This document shows, piece by piece, positions 33,351-45,453 of a stretch of 64,000 bases of DNA. Position 1 is the stretch's first letter. Each line of letters begins with the position of its first letter. Position numbers and translations under genes: made by a program. Below the pieces are notes generated by a model. It was given only the letters and a program-made list of their open reading frames with translations. It had not been told where the DNA came from and did not search any database. Source of the DNA: an uncultured delta proteobacterium. GTDB taxonomy: Bacteria > Myxococcota > Myxococcia > Myxococcales > Anaeromyxobacteraceae. The stretch covers positions 128,001 through 192,000 of the forward strand of contig CAWJSR010000029.1 of NCBI GenBank assembly GCA_963845515.1, given 5' to 3'.

Positions 33351-34477
33351 GTGACGAGGCTCGCGGCAGCCGCGCTGGCCTTGGCGCTCCTCGTCCGGGG
33401 CCGACGGCTGCTGCGCGTGCTCCGCGAGCAAGAGCTACGAGCGACGCGGCGGCGCCGCGGCCGCGCCGGGGCCGGCGGTGACCCTCACGCCGCCGGTCGT
33501 GCGGGCGCTCCACTTCGGCGACTTCGGCGAGGCCAACTGCCAGCAGGCCGCCGTGGCGGACGGGATCGCGGACGCCCAGCGCCGAAGGCCCTTCGACCTC
33601 GCCTTCCACGTCGGCGACAACCTCTACGACTGCGGCCCCGACTGGCGCTCCACCGCCGCGGGACGCTGCGCGTTCGAGCCGGACGGGATCACCGTCGCGC
33701 CCGGCTACACCCCGCCGCACGATCCCTCGTTCGCCGAGAAGTTCGAGGACGCCCTCGGCAGCCTCTCGCAGCGCGGGGGTCCCGGTCTACCTCGCGCTCG
33801 GCAACCACGACGTCGCGACCTGGGCCAGGTGCGTCCCGATCGGCGATCCCGTCGCGGTCGCCCGCGCCAAGGCCTGCCTCGAGGTGGCCCACGCGAGCCC
33901 CGCATGGAAGCTCCCTGCCCGCCACTACGTCGTCGACCAGGGGCCGGCCCGCTTCATCGTCCTGGACAGCAACGTGATCAAGGGCGACTACGGCGGCTTC
34001 ACGCTGGCGGACGAGGTGGCCTTCGTGACCTCCGCGTCCGCCGGGTGCGACGCCCGCCCCTGCTTCGTGATGGCGCACCACCCGGCCGCCACCGCTGGCG
34101 GCCACACCTCGGACTTCGACTCGGCCGACTACACCGCCCGCGTGGCGCAGGTGATCGCGGCGGGGGGCGGGAACCTCCGGGGCTGGCTCGCGGGTCACGA
34201 CCACGACCTGCAGCACCTGCGCACCGCGTCAGGGCTCGACGTCTTCGTCTCGGGCAACGGGTGCCGCGACAGGACCGACGAGCGGTTCGAGCGCGCCGCG
34301 CCAGCCGGTTCGACGCTCCTCTACGGCTCCGTCCGCTGGGGCCACGCCATCCTCGAGGTCTCCGACTCGGGCTTCACCTGGCGCGCCGAGGACTCGCGCG
34401 GCTCGGCCCGCTACTGCTGCGCGGCGACCAGGAGCGGCGGCGTCTGGACCCCCTGCGAGCCGGTCCGCTGCGACTGA
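33351..34477 (+). CDS. Secreted purple-acid-phosphatase-type metallophosphoesterase (frameshifts near 33395 and 33780)
   Basis: Signal-like N-terminus; motifs GDFG, GDNLY, GNHD, AHHP, AGHDH spread over frames 33478-34659 and 33884-34477. Confidence 0.75.
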
Positions 34478-34546
34478 CGAAAGAATCGGCCGCCGTCAAG
34501 AGGGACGTTTCCGCTAGGATTCGCCAACCCGCCGACCGAGGTGACC

Positions 34547-35632
34547 ATGGCGCTCCGCACCCCGCTGTACGAAAGGCATGTCGAGGCCGGCGCTCGCATC
34601 GTCGACTTCGCCGGCTGGGAGATGCCGGTCCAGTACTCCGGCATCCTCGAGGAGCATGAGGCGGTCCGAACCCGCGCCGGCCTCTTCGACGTCTCGCACA
34701 TGGGCGAGGTGGTCTTCCGCGGCCCGCGCGCGGCGGAGGCGCTCGGGCGGCTCTTCACCAACGACCTGCGCAAGCTCGTCGACGGCCAGGCCCAGTACGG
34801 CTGCCTCTGCCGCCCGAACGGCGGGATCGTGGACGACGTGATCGTCTACCGGCGCGGCACCGAGGACTGGCTCGTCTGCGTCAACGCCGGCAACCGCCAG
34901 AAGGACTTCGAGTGGCTCAGGGCCGGCGAGGGGCCGGGCGTGGCGGTGAAGAACGAGTCGGACGACTGGGCCCAGCTCGCCATCCAGGGACCGAAGGCCG
35001 CGGGGATCGTCCAGCGCCTGTCCAAGGACGACCTCCTCGGCGTCAAGACCTTCCACTTCAGGCCGGCCGAGGTGGCAGGCGTCTCCTGCCTGGCGGCCCG
35101 GACCGGCTACACCGGCGAGGACGGCTTCGAGCTCTTCTGCCTGCCCGACAAGGCCGCCAGGCTCTGGGACGCGCTGCTCGAGGGCGGCAAGGGGGACGGC
35201 GCCATCCCTGCGGGGCTCGGCGCGCGCGACTCGCTCCGGCTCGAGTCGGCCTACCGGCTCTACGGCTCGGACATGGACGACGACACGACCCCGCTCGAGG
35301 CGGGGCTCGGCTGGGTGGTGAAGCTCGACAAGGGGGACTTCACCGGGCGCGACGCGCTCCTCGCCCAGAAGGCGGCGGGGCCCACGAGGCGGCTCGTCGG
35401 CTTCACGCTCACGGAGCGTGGCATCCCGCGGCACGGCTACCCGGTCCTCAGCGAAGGGAAGCCGGCTGGCGTCGTCACGAGCGGCACGCAGTCCCCCACC
35501 CTGAAGATCCCCGTCGGCCTCGCCTACGTTCCGACGGTCCTCTCCGCCGAAGGCTCCACCTTCGCCGTCGAGATCCGCGGACGCGCCGTCGCGGCGAAGG
35601 TCGTCAAGACTCCCTTCTACAGCCGGCAGTGA
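34547..35632 (+). CDS. gcvT: Glycine cleavage system aminomethyltransferase T
   Basis: RTPLY, FAGWEMPVQY, GLFDVSHMGE, RTGYTGEDGFE, GLGARDSLRLE. Confidence 0.97.
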   Translation: MALRTPLYERHVEAGARIVDFAGWEMPVQYSGILEEHEAVRTRAGLFDVSHMGEVVFRGPRAAEALGRLFTNDLRKLVDGQAQYGCLCRPNGGIVDDVIVYRRGTEDWLVCVNAGNRQKDFEWLRAGEGPGVAVKNESDDWAQLAIQGPKAAGIVQRLSKDDLLGVKTFHFRPAEVAGVSCLAARTGYTGEDGFELFCLPDKAARLWDALLEGGKGDGAIPAGLGARDSLRLESAYRLYGSDMDDDTTPLEAGLGWVVKLDKGDFTGRDALLAQKAAGPTRRLVGFTLTERGIPRHGYPVLSEGKPAGVVTSGTQSPTLKIPVGLAYVPTVLSAEGSTFAVEIRGRAVAAKVVKTPFYSRQ

Positions 35633-35655
35633 CCGCCAACCCCGTCGAGGCCACC

Positions 35656-36042
35656 ATGAACTTCCCCGAGGATCTCCGTTACACCAAGGACCACGAGTGG
35701 GCCCGCAGCAAGGACGGGCGCGTCGTCGTCGGCATCACCGCGTTCGCCACCGACCAGCTTGGCGACGTCGTCTACGTCGAGCTCCCCGCCGTCGGCGCGC
35801 TGGTGAAGAAGGGCGAGACGTTCGGGGTGGTCGAGTCGACGAAGGCGGTCTCCGACCTCTACGCCCCGGTCTCAGGCAAGGTGGTCGAGATCAACTCCCC
35901 GCTCGTCGACGCCCCGGAGGGGATCAACGAGGACCCGTACGGCAAGGGCTGGATGATCTCGGTGGAGCCGTCGAACCCGAAGGATCTCGACGAGCTGTTC
36001 GACGTGAAGGCCTACACCGCGCTGGTCGAGGAGCAGCACTAG
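35656..36042 (+). CDS. gcvH: Glycine cleavage system H protein
   Basis: MNFPEDLRYTKDHEW, VESTKAVSD lipoyl-Lys motif, INEDPYGKGW. Confidence 0.97.
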   Translation: MNFPEDLRYTKDHEWARSKDGRVVVGITAFATDQLGDVVYVELPAVGALVKKGETFGVVESTKAVSDLYAPVSGKVVEINSPLVDAPEGINEDPYGKGWMISVEPSNPKDLDELFDVKAYTALVEEQH

Positions 36043-36078
36043 CCAGGAGCCGCCCCACCCCATACCGCGGCGCTGGCC

Positions 36079-37431
36079 GTGGCGGAGCATGCCGTGCGCT
36101 ACCATCCCCACACGCCCGACGACGTCCGGGCGATGCTCGAGGCCATCGGCGCGAAGAGCGTCGCCGACCTCTTCCGCTCGATCCCCGAGCCGCTCCGGCT
36201 GAGGCGCCCGCTCGCCATCGAGCCGGCGCTCGACGAGATCGCCCTCTTCGCCGAGGCGCGCAGGCTGGCGTCGCGAAACGCGGTCGACCACCCGCCCTTC
36301 GCAGGCGCCGGCTGCTACCCCCACCACGTCCCTCCGGCCGTGGACCAGCTCCTCCTCCGCGGCGAGTTCTTCACCGCCTACACGCCCTACCAGCCCGAGA
36401 TCTCGCAGGGGACGCTCCAGGCGCTCTTCGAGTGGCAGACCTACTGCTGCCTCCTCACCGGCATGGACGTCGCCAACGCCTCCATGTACGACGGCGCCAC
36501 CGCCACCGCCGAGGCGGCGCTCATGGCGACGCGGATCACGGGGCGCAAGCGGCTCGTCGTCTCGGCCGCCGTCCATCCCGAGTACCAGAAGGTCCTCAGG
36601 AGCTACCTCCGCTCCACGCACGACGACCTGGCGATCGTCCCCTTCGGCCCCGACGGCCGGACCGACCTCGCCGCCCTGCAGCAGGCCGTGAACGGCGACA
36701 CGGCCGCCGTCGTCATCGGCTACCCCAACTTCCTCGGCGTGGTCGACGCGCTGCCCGAGGCAGCGGCCATCGCGCAGAAGGCGGGCGCCCTCACCATCTC
36801 CTCCACGGCCGAGGGGGTCGCCTTCGGGCTGCTCCAGGCCCCCGGCGCGCTCGGCGCCGACGTCGCCACCGGCTCGCTCCAGAGCTTCGGCAACGCCATG
36901 TCCTTCGGCGGCCCCGCCCCCGGCTTCTTCGCCACGCGGGACGCCCACGTCCGGGGAATGCCCGGGAGGCTCTGCGGCGCGACGGTCGACAAGCAGGGGC
37001 GGCGCGGCTTCGTCCTCACCCTCGCCACCCGCGAGCAGCACATCAGGCGCGAGAAGGCGACGTCCAACATCTGCACCAACTCCGGCCTCGCGGCCCTGGC
37101 CGCGACGATCCACCTGACGCTGCTCGGGAAGCAGGGGCTCGCCAGGCTGGCGAGGCTCAACCACGCCCGGCTCCGCGCGCTGCGCGAGGCCTTCGCCAGG
37201 GTGGGCGTGAAGCCGGCCTTCACCGGGCCGGTCTTCAACGAGCAGGCCTTCGACGTGGGCGACGCCGAGGCGGTCATCGCGCGGCTCGCCAGGAAGGGGA
37301 TCGTGGCCGGCGCACCGCTCGCGCGCTGGTACCCGGATCACCCGAAGGTCGGGGGGGCGCTCCTCTGCGTCGCCACCGAGCTCCACACGCCCGAGCTCAT
37401 CGAGCTCTTCGCCCGATCTGTGAGGGGGTAG
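36079..37431 (+). CDS. gcvPA: Glycine dehydrogenase subunit 1
   Basis: [46 protein letters not shown]. Confidence 0.96.
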   Translation: MAEHAVRYHPHTPDDVRAMLEAIGAKSVADLFRSIPEPLRLRRPLAIEPALDEIALFAEARRLASRNAVDHPPFAGAGCYPHHVPPAVDQLLLRGEFFTAYTPYQPEISQGTLQALFEWQTYCCLLTGMDVANASMYDGATATAEAALMATRITGRKRLVVSAAVHPEYQKVLRSYLRSTHDDLAIVPFGPDGRTDLAALQQAVNGDTAAVVIGYPNFLGVVDALPEAAAIAQKAGALTISSTAEGVAFGLLQAPGALGADVATGSLQSFGNAMSFGGPAPGFFATRDAHVRGMPGRLCGATVDKQGRRGFVLTLATREQHIRREKATSNICTNSGLAALAATIHLTLLGKQGLARLARLNHARLRALREAFARVGVKPAFTGPVFNEQAFDVGDAEAVIARLARKGIVAGAPLARWYPDHPKVGGALLCVATELHTPELIELFARSVRG

Positions 37432-37435
37432 CGCC

Positions 37436-38945
<1,510 letters not shown>

Positions 38946-39715
38946 AGAGGGCGTCGCTGGCGCTGCTCCGCCGCGGGATCAGCCGCCGCCACATCAGCAG
39001 CACGCCGAGACCGACCAGGATCCCGGAGACCAGCGCCCACGGGTTGGATGGCGTCGTCCGCGGCCTCAGCAGGATCGCGGGGCGGACGCCGATGCCCGGG
39101 ACCTGCACCTGGCCCATCTCCGCGAGGAGCGCGAGGTGGCCGCCGAAGCCTCGCGAGAGCGGCTGGTTGTAGTCGACGACCTCCTGCCGGACCCCGCCGT
39201 CCGGCGCGCGGACCGCCAGCGTCGCGCGGGCCGACTTCGGCATGCCGTTGGGCATCGAGTCGACCTCGAGCGTCAGGAGCCTGGCCTCGCCGAAGCCGGG
39301 GACCTCGCTCCAGCGCTCGCTCACGATCACCGGCTCGAAGTCCTCCGACGTGAAGCCGCCGAGGGCGTGACCGGCCATCGCGACCAGGAAGCCGACGTGG
39401 ATGATCGACGCCGCGTACGCGCCCGGGGTGCGCACCCCCGCCCGCCACTTGCGGAGCACCGTGTCCCAGGTGGCGAGCACCGTGTTGAGCCCATACAGGC
39501 CCGCGACGGCGACGAGCAGGTAGAACCACCAGTGGACCCACGACGGCGGCGCGAAGAAGCCGCGCAGGTCGTCGAAGCCGACCGCCGCCGAGGCCCCCTC
39601 GCGCGTCGCCGCGAGGATCACCGAGCCGACGGCGAGCAGCAGGACCGTCCCGAACCCGCAGACGAGCCCCAGCCCCTGCGAGCGGAGCCAGTCGAAGCGA
39701 CCGCTGCCGGAGGGG

Positions 39716-40504
39716 TCAGCTGAAGGCATGGCTCGACCGCCCGAAGAAGAAGGACGTCCCGACGTAGGCGACGAAGACGAAGAGGAACCCGACGATGGCG
39801 AGCGCCGGGCGCGCCCACGGCCGCTGCTGCATCGACGGCGTGAGCCGGACGTGGACGAAGGTCGCGTAGTGGAACCAGAGGATGACCGACCAGATCACCT
39901 TCGGGTCCCACATGAAGTAGGCGCCCCACGCGACGACCCCCCAGATGCCGCCGAAGATCATCGAGAGCGACCAGAGGGCGAAGCCCCATAGCGCGAGCCG
40001 GTCGACGAGGGCGAGCCACGCGCCGTCCCGGTCCTTGAACCAGGACAGCGACGCCGCGGCTGCGGCAGTCCAGCAGGCGTAGGCGACGAAGGAGATCGGG
40101 ACGTGGAGCGGGTACCAGACCGTCCGCATGAGCGGCGGCGGCCAGCCGAGGTGCCCCGGGAAGGAGAGCGAGACGACCATCGCCGCACCGGTCACCGCGA
40201 TGAGCGGGAGCGCGTAGCTGCGCACGGGGCGCCAGGCGACGGCCAGCACCAGCGCGGTCGCGAGGGCGCAGGTGGAGAAGGACTCCATCTTGTTGGTGAG
40301 GGGGAAGAAGCCTATGGCGAGCCCACGCCCCGTCATCGCGGCGACGTGGATCGCGACGCCGCCTGCCAGGATCCAGCGCGCCGCGCGGTCGCGGAAGATC
40401 GCCGCCAGGAACGCGAGCCCGTACGCGGTGGCCGCGGCGAGCAGCAGCCAGCGCAGGACCGGGTGGTTCTCGGAGAGCAGCTCGGGTGGGACGTTGCGCA
40501 TCAT
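39716..40504 (-). CDS. ccsA: CcsA/ResC-like cytochrome c synthase
   Basis: FFPLTNKMES, WYPLHV, GGIWGVVAWGAYFMWDPK (WWD domain), YATFVHVR. Confidence 0.8.
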   Translation of the reverse strand: MMRNVPPELLSENHPVLRWLLLAAATAYGLAFLAAIFRDRAARWILAGGVAIHVAAMTGRGLAIGFFPLTNKMESFSTCALATALVLAVAWRPVRSYALPLIAVTGAAMVVSLSFPGHLGWPPPLMRTVWYPLHVPISFVAYACWTAAAAASLSWFKDRDGAWLALVDRLALWGFALWSLSMIFGGIWGVVAWGAYFMWDPKVIWSVILWFHYATFVHVRLTPSMQQRPWARPALAIVGFLFVFVAYVGTSFFFGRSSHAFS

Positions 40505-40540
40505 GGAGGCGCGGAAGATAGCCGAGCGGCGGCCGTGGGG

Positions 40541-41440
40541 CTACCCGCGCCGGGCGCCACGCACGAGGCAGAGCCCCCACGTGTCCCGGTAGGCGCCGCG
40601 CTCGTCCAGCAGCCCGGGCGGCACGTTCACGAACGGGGCAGTGCGCCGGATCACCTCGAGGATCAGCGCGTCGAGGTCGGTCATCCCGGACGACTTGCGG
40701 ACCTGCGCCTCGACGACCTTTCCGCCTGCGTCCAGGGCCACCCACGTGTACGAGCACGCGGCGGTCTGACCTGGTTCGTTGACCCACCGCGCGTAGAGCG
40801 ACGGCGGGAGCGGCGCGCCGAGCTCGTAGCGATAGACCGAGTTCATGCTCTCGACGGCGCGGTTGAAGAAGTTGGCGAAGCGCCACGCCTCTGGGTTCTG
40901 CACCGTGAAGCTGGAGAACGCCGTCCCCTCTCCGAGAGGCGCCGTGCCGTCGCCGACCGGATCGAACTTCATCGCGAGCGGCCGGTTGAGGAGCGGCCTG
41001 GGCTGCAGGTCTGGGCCGGCGCTCGCGCCGTCACCAGCCCCCGGAGCGTTCGGCTCGCCGCCGCCACGTTCGTCGGCCGGGAGCGGGCGCGCGGAGCCGG
41101 CAGGCGGAGCGGCCGCGCTCGCGCCTGCCTCCGCGCGCGGCGGCGGAGGCTTGACCTCCGCGGGCGCCGGGGGCGGCCTACGCGCCTCCGTGCGCTGCCG
41201 CGCGAGCGGCGGGGGCAGCTCCACCACGGCCCGGTTCCGCGCCCACTCGCCCGCGTCGATGGTGGCGAGCGCGACCTCCCTGGGCTTCGCCTCCTCCGCC
41301 TTGCGCGCAGCCGAGATGGCGACGAGCGCCCACACCACCAGCAGCGCCAGCGCCCCGGCGTGGACGCCCAGCGAGACCGCTACCGCTGCGGCAGCCCGGA
41401 GGACGGGGCGCTCGGGGTGAATGGGACGGAGCTGTTTCAT
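40541..41440 (-). CDS. TonB-family protein (TM, Pro-rich linker, TonB C-terminal domain)
   Basis: VSLGVH anchor, Pro/Ala linker, LDAGGKVVEAQVRKSSGMTDLD...APFVNVPPGL. Confidence 0.7.
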   Translation of the reverse strand: MKQLRPIHPERPVLRAAAAVAVSLGVHAGALALLVVWALVAISAARKAEEAKPREVALATIDAGEWARNRAVVELPPPLARQRTEARRPPPAPAEVKPPPPRAEAGASAAAPPAGSARPLPADERGGGEPNAPGAGDGASAGPDLQPRPLLNRPLAMKFDPVGDGTAPLGEGTAFSSFTVQNPEAWRFANFFNRAVESMNSVYRYELGAPLPPSLYARWVNEPGQTAACSYTWVALDAGGKVVEAQVRKSSGMTDLDALILEVIRRTAPFVNVPPGLLDERGAYRDTWGLCLVRGARRG

Positions 41441-41500
41441 CGACCTTCCGGGATGTTAACAGCGCCACCGCGTGTTTCCCTCCCGGGATTCTGCCTGCGC

Positions 41501-43558
41501 ATGCTACGAAAACCACCCCCGATGCCCTCCCCGGTTGCCCGAACGCTGGCGCTCTGGCGCCGCTCACCCATCTGGACGCGACGAGCGGCCGTGGCCGCTC
41601 TCTGCGTGCTCCTGCTCTGGTGCGCCGCGCTCGTGCTGGTCAACCGGCAGGGGCCCCGCGCGCGGCTGCGCGCAGCGATCCGCGACGCGCTCTCTCGCCG
41701 GCTCCCCACCGCGGAGGTGGGCGACGCGGTGTCGGTCGACGCGCTCTTCCGGGTCACCTTCGGCCCGCTCACTCTTCCTTCCGAGCGCAGCGGGGGCCCC
41801 CCCATCCTGCGCGCGGAGCACGTGAAGGTGCGGGCCAGCTGGGCGGCGCTCCTCGCCGGCCGGATCGAGCCCGCCTCGGTCAGGCTCTACGGGACGCGCA
41901 TCTCTCCCGGGGAGCGGCTGGTAGAGCTCAGGGCCCTCGGGGATCGGATGCGGAGCAGGTCGGCCGCGAAGGCGCCTCCTGCGGGCGAGCCGGCGCAGGC
42001 CGCGCCTCGCGACTGGCCGGCGATCCACCTGCGCGGGGCGACGCTCGTCCTCCGGTCCGACGGAACGGACTACGACGTGGGCCCCCTGGACGCCTCCGTC
42101 ACCCGGCACAGGTCGCGCGGGTCCGACGACCTGGAGCTCATCATCTCGCACCGGCTTGGCGGCACCGCCAGGGCCGACTTCCACCGCGGCGACGACGGCT
42201 ACCGGCTGAGCGCGAGCGCGCTCGGCCTCTCCGCCGAGACGCTCCCTGCGCAGCTCGCGGCAGGCGCCATTCGATGGAGCGGCGGCTCGCTCTCCGGCGA
42301 CGTGACGGTCTCGGGCCAGGCCTCGGCGCCGGTGAAGGGACGCCTGCGCGTCCGTCTCGACCGCGGCTGGTTCACGGGAGAGCGGCTGTCGGCGGAGCCG
42401 GTCGGTCCCGTGACCGTCGATCTGGACGGCGCGATCGAGGTCGATCCAGCCAGCCGCCGGCTCGCGCTGCGCGACGGCAACCTCCGGATCCTGGACGTCG
42501 TCGACTCCACGCTCTCGGGCGAAGTACGCGTCGGTCCCGGCCTGCCCTTCTCCTTCGTGCTCGACGCGCCGGGCGTCGACTACGATGCGCTCGCCGACGC
42601 GCTCCCGGTGGCGCTGCGCCCTCCGAGCGGCGCGCCCCACCCAGCCGGGCCCCTCTCCTTCAGGCTCGGCCTCTCCGGTCCGCTGCGCGACCCCGCAGCG
42701 TGGGCCGTGGAGGCCGCGCTCGACCTCGCGCGGCTCCGCGAGGCGGCCCGGCGGGGGCCGGCCTTCTCGCTCCGCTCGACCTTCACCTGGCGCCCGGAGG
42801 TGGCGACTGGCGAGCCGCCCTCGATCCGGATCGGCCCGGAGAACCCCGACTTCGTCCCGCTCGCCTCCCTCCCGGAACACGTCGTGCGGGCAGTGACGGC
42901 CAGCGAGGACGCAGGCTTCTTCGGTCACTCGGGGTTCGACTTCGAGGAGCTGCGCAACGCCTTCGCCCAGGGGCGGGAAGCGGGGCGCGTCGTGCGGGGC
43001 GCGTCCACCATCACCCAGCAGCTCGCCAAGAACCTCTACCTGTCCCGCGAGAAGACGCTGGTGCGGAAGGCGCGCGAGGCGATGGTCGCCGTAGGCCTGG
43101 AGGCCGCGGTACCGAAGGCACGGCTGCTGGAGATCTACCTGAACATCGCCGAGTGGGGGCCGAGGCTCTGGGGGATCGGTCCGGCCGCCCGGCACTACTT
43201 CGGCAAGCCTGCGACGGACCTCTCGATCCGGGAGGCCGCGTTCCTCGCGTCCATCATCCCGAACCCGGTCCGCTACCACGGCTACTACACGCGGGGGGAG
43301 CTGGACGAGGCCTGGACCGAGCGGCTGCGCGTCCTCCTCCTGCACATGGCGGAGGCTGGGTCCATCACCGAGGACCAGCTGGTCGAGGCGCTCGACGCTC
43401 CGCTGCGGTTCACGAGCAGGACGGCGGCCCTCGACGTCGCCTCAGACGGCCTTCCGCTTCCGCTCCCGGAGCCAGCGCTGGAACCGCTCCCACCCGACGG
43501 AGAGCCCCCAGGCGACGATGACCATCAGGACGATGCCGGTGACGGTCCCGCGGAATGA
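41501..43558 (+). CDS. Monofunctional peptidoglycan transglycosylase (GT51) with a large AsmA-like beta-rich N-terminal region
   Basis: SEDAGFFGHSG, RGASTITQQLAKNL, RKARE, KARLLEIYLNIAEWG; N-terminal TM; no transpeptidase domain; start at 41501 or 41522. Confidence 0.85.
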   Translation: MLRKPPPMPSPVARTLALWRRSPIWTRRAAVAALCVLLLWCAALVLVNRQGPRARLRAAIRDALSRRLPTAEVGDAVSVDALFRVTFGPLTLPSERSGGPPILRAEHVKVRASWAALLAGRIEPASVRLYGTRISPGERLVELRALGDRMRSRSAAKAPPAGEPAQAAPRDWPAIHLRGATLVLRSDGTDYDVGPLDASVTRHRSRGSDDLELIISHRLGGTARADFHRGDDGYRLSASALGLSAETLPAQLAAGAIRWSGGSLSGDVTVSGQASAPVKGRLRVRLDRGWFTGERLSAEPVGPVTVDLDGAIEVDPASRRLALRDGNLRILDVVDSTLSGEVRVGPGLPFSFVLDAPGVDYDALADALPVALRPPSGAPHPAGPLSFRLGLSGPLRDPAAWAVEAALDLARLREAARRGPAFSLRSTFTWRPEVATGEPPSIRIGPENPDFVPLASLPEHVVRAVTASEDAGFFGHSGFDFEELRNAFAQGREAGRVVRGASTITQQLAKNLYLSREKTLVRKAREAMVAVGLEAAVPKARLLEIYLNIAEWGPRLWGIGPAARHYFGKPATDLSIREAAFLASIIPNPVRYHGYYTRGELDEAWTERLRVLLLHMAEAGSITEDQLVEALDAPLRFTSRTAALDVASDGLPLPLPEPALEPLPPDGEPPGDDDHQDDAGDGPAE

Positions 43559-44717
43559 GAGCCGCTTCTTGAGGGCGCTCGCGTACGCCCCATACGTCAG
43601 CTCCACCGTGACGATGTAGGCGAAGAGCGACTGGCGCCCCAGCGTGGAGAGCCAGCGCAGCGCCGGCACGACCAGCTCCGGGAGCGCCATCAGCGCGCCG
43701 GTCAGCCCGACGTGGATCGCGAGCCTGCATCAGGAACCAGGACGGCGCGTTGAGCCACCAGAAGATCGGGTCGGCGGACGGCAGCACGATGAGTGGGTCG
43801 ATGACCTTCGCGACGCCGAAGATCCCAGCGCCGAGGCCGAGGAACAGGAGCGGACGGCTCTTCCCGGTCGCGAGCGGCGCCACCGCCGCGCCGGCGAGCA
43901 GGAAGGCCACCCAGTTGAGCAGCTTGAACTGGCTGCGCGGCCAGAGGCCGTAGAGGTAGGCCCACGGCACGTCGGCCAGCTTGGCCAGCGGATCGGCCGC
44001 GAGCTTCTCGAGGAACCCGGGCTGGTCGCGGTAGCCGAGCTTCACGGCGATCCACGGCGTGGCGAAGGCGATGAGGAGCGCGAGGCCGCCGGTCAGCGCG
44101 GCTCCCACGACACGCGGCCGGCCGACGGCGAGGAAGGCCGAGAGGATCATCCCGACGGCGAGGATGTTGAGGACGTCGACCTTGAAGACCTCGTGCCAGC
44201 TCCCCCAGCGCCAGGCGCCGCGCCAGAAGAACGAGAGGAGGATGAGCGCGAGCCCGAGGGCCACCGGCCTCCGCCAGTCCTTGGGCTCCCACGAGTCTGT
44301 GGAGATCGCGAGGAGGATCCCGAAGCCGGCCACGGAGAGCACGTCGACGCCGAGGACGTAGGGCAGCCCGCGCCCCGGCTCCAGGCGCCCCGCCGCGAGG
44401 ACGGAGAAGATCCGGACCAGGTAGGCGACGCCGAGCAGCCAGAGGCCGCGCTTCATCGCGGCCCGCCGCCGGGCGGCCGGGTCGGCCCCCTTGCGCGCGT
44501 GGGCCTCGTCGGCGAGCGCCTGCGAGAGCCCCGCCATGTAGAGGAAGCCCGGCGCGGCGAGGCCGCCCAGGAACATCAGGAGGTCGTAGTAGCGCTCGTG
44601 GCCGGTCCGCGCCCCCGCGGCGATCCAGGCGTCGAGGATGTGGACCTCGACCATGAACAGCACGGCGAGGCCGCGCTGCCAGTCGAGCCAGTGCTTGCGG
44701 GGTGAGGGAGGGGCCAC
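43442..44717 (-). CDS. DUF1624/heparan-alpha-glucosaminide N-acetyltransferase-like membrane acyltransferase (frameshift near 43725)
   Basis: WLDWQRGLAVLFMVEVH, APGFLYMAG, VDVLNIL, then LSTLGRQSLFAY in ORF 43442-43690. Confidence 0.72.
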
Positions 44718-44739
44718 GGAGTCCCGGACGCCCGCCGGA

Positions 44740-44961
44740 TCACTTGTCGCGGTACGTGATGCGCCCGCGGGTCAGGTCGTAGGGGGACAGCTCGAGCTTG
44801 ACGCGATCGCCCGGGATGATGCGGATGTGGAACTTCTTCATCTTCCCGGATGCGTAGGCGAGCACGATCGGACCCTGATCGACCTTGACGCGATACATAC
44901 CGCCGGCGAGTGCCTCCTCGACGGTTCCCTGAACTTCGATGCCGGCTTCCTTCTCGCTCAT
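44740..44961 (-). CDS. infA: Translation initiation factor IF-1
   Basis: [40 protein letters not shown]. Confidence 0.95.
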   Translation of the reverse strand: MSEKEAGIEVQGTVEEALAGGMYRVKVDQGPIVLAYASGKMKKFHIRIIPGDRVKLELSPYDLTRGRITYRDK

Positions 44962-45072
44962 TCGGCCCTTCTCGTAGCCGTTGTTGGTAAAGCAATCAAG
45001 TACCGCGCCAAAACCATGAGCGGCCCCGGTCGTACCGAGGCCGCCCAGCGGCGCCGACGATGCTGTCTCTGC

Positions 45073-45273
45073 CTAGCCCTTGCGGACGTTGGCCGCCTGC
45101 AGCCCCTTGGGCCCCTGCGTGACGTCGAACTCGACGCGCTCCCCCTCCTTGAGGGTCCGGAACCCGTCCATGTTGATCGCGGTGTGGTGGACGAAGACGT
45201 CCTCGCCACCCTCCTGCGAGATGAAGCCGTAGCCCTTCGCGTCGTTGAACCACTTCACGGTGCCGATTGCCAT
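45073..45273 (-). CDS. cspA: Cold-shock protein
   Basis: [30 protein letters not shown]. Confidence 0.95.
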   Translation of the reverse strand: MAIGTVKWFNDAKGYGFISQEGGEDVFVHHTAINMDGFRTLKEGERVEFDVTQGPKGLQAANVRKG

Positions 45274-45453
45274 CGCGATTCTTCCTTCTGGAGTGACTCG
45301 CCGGGTCGACCGCCGACCCTCGGGTGACGAGGGGCAAGGACCCTCGGATCACGGGCGCGAACTATCCACGAAGCGCGCCGTGTCGGTCAAGGTGGGAAGC
45401 AGCGTAATTGCTGGGGAATGTGGACTTCTGCGGTCCTCGGGACGCCGCGCGGG

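Noticed and set aside
34478..34546. Glycine riboswitch upstream of gcvT
   Set aside because: The gap is only ~70 nt and has no GGAGA...CCGAAG aptamer core; it holds just a TAGGAT box and an SD.
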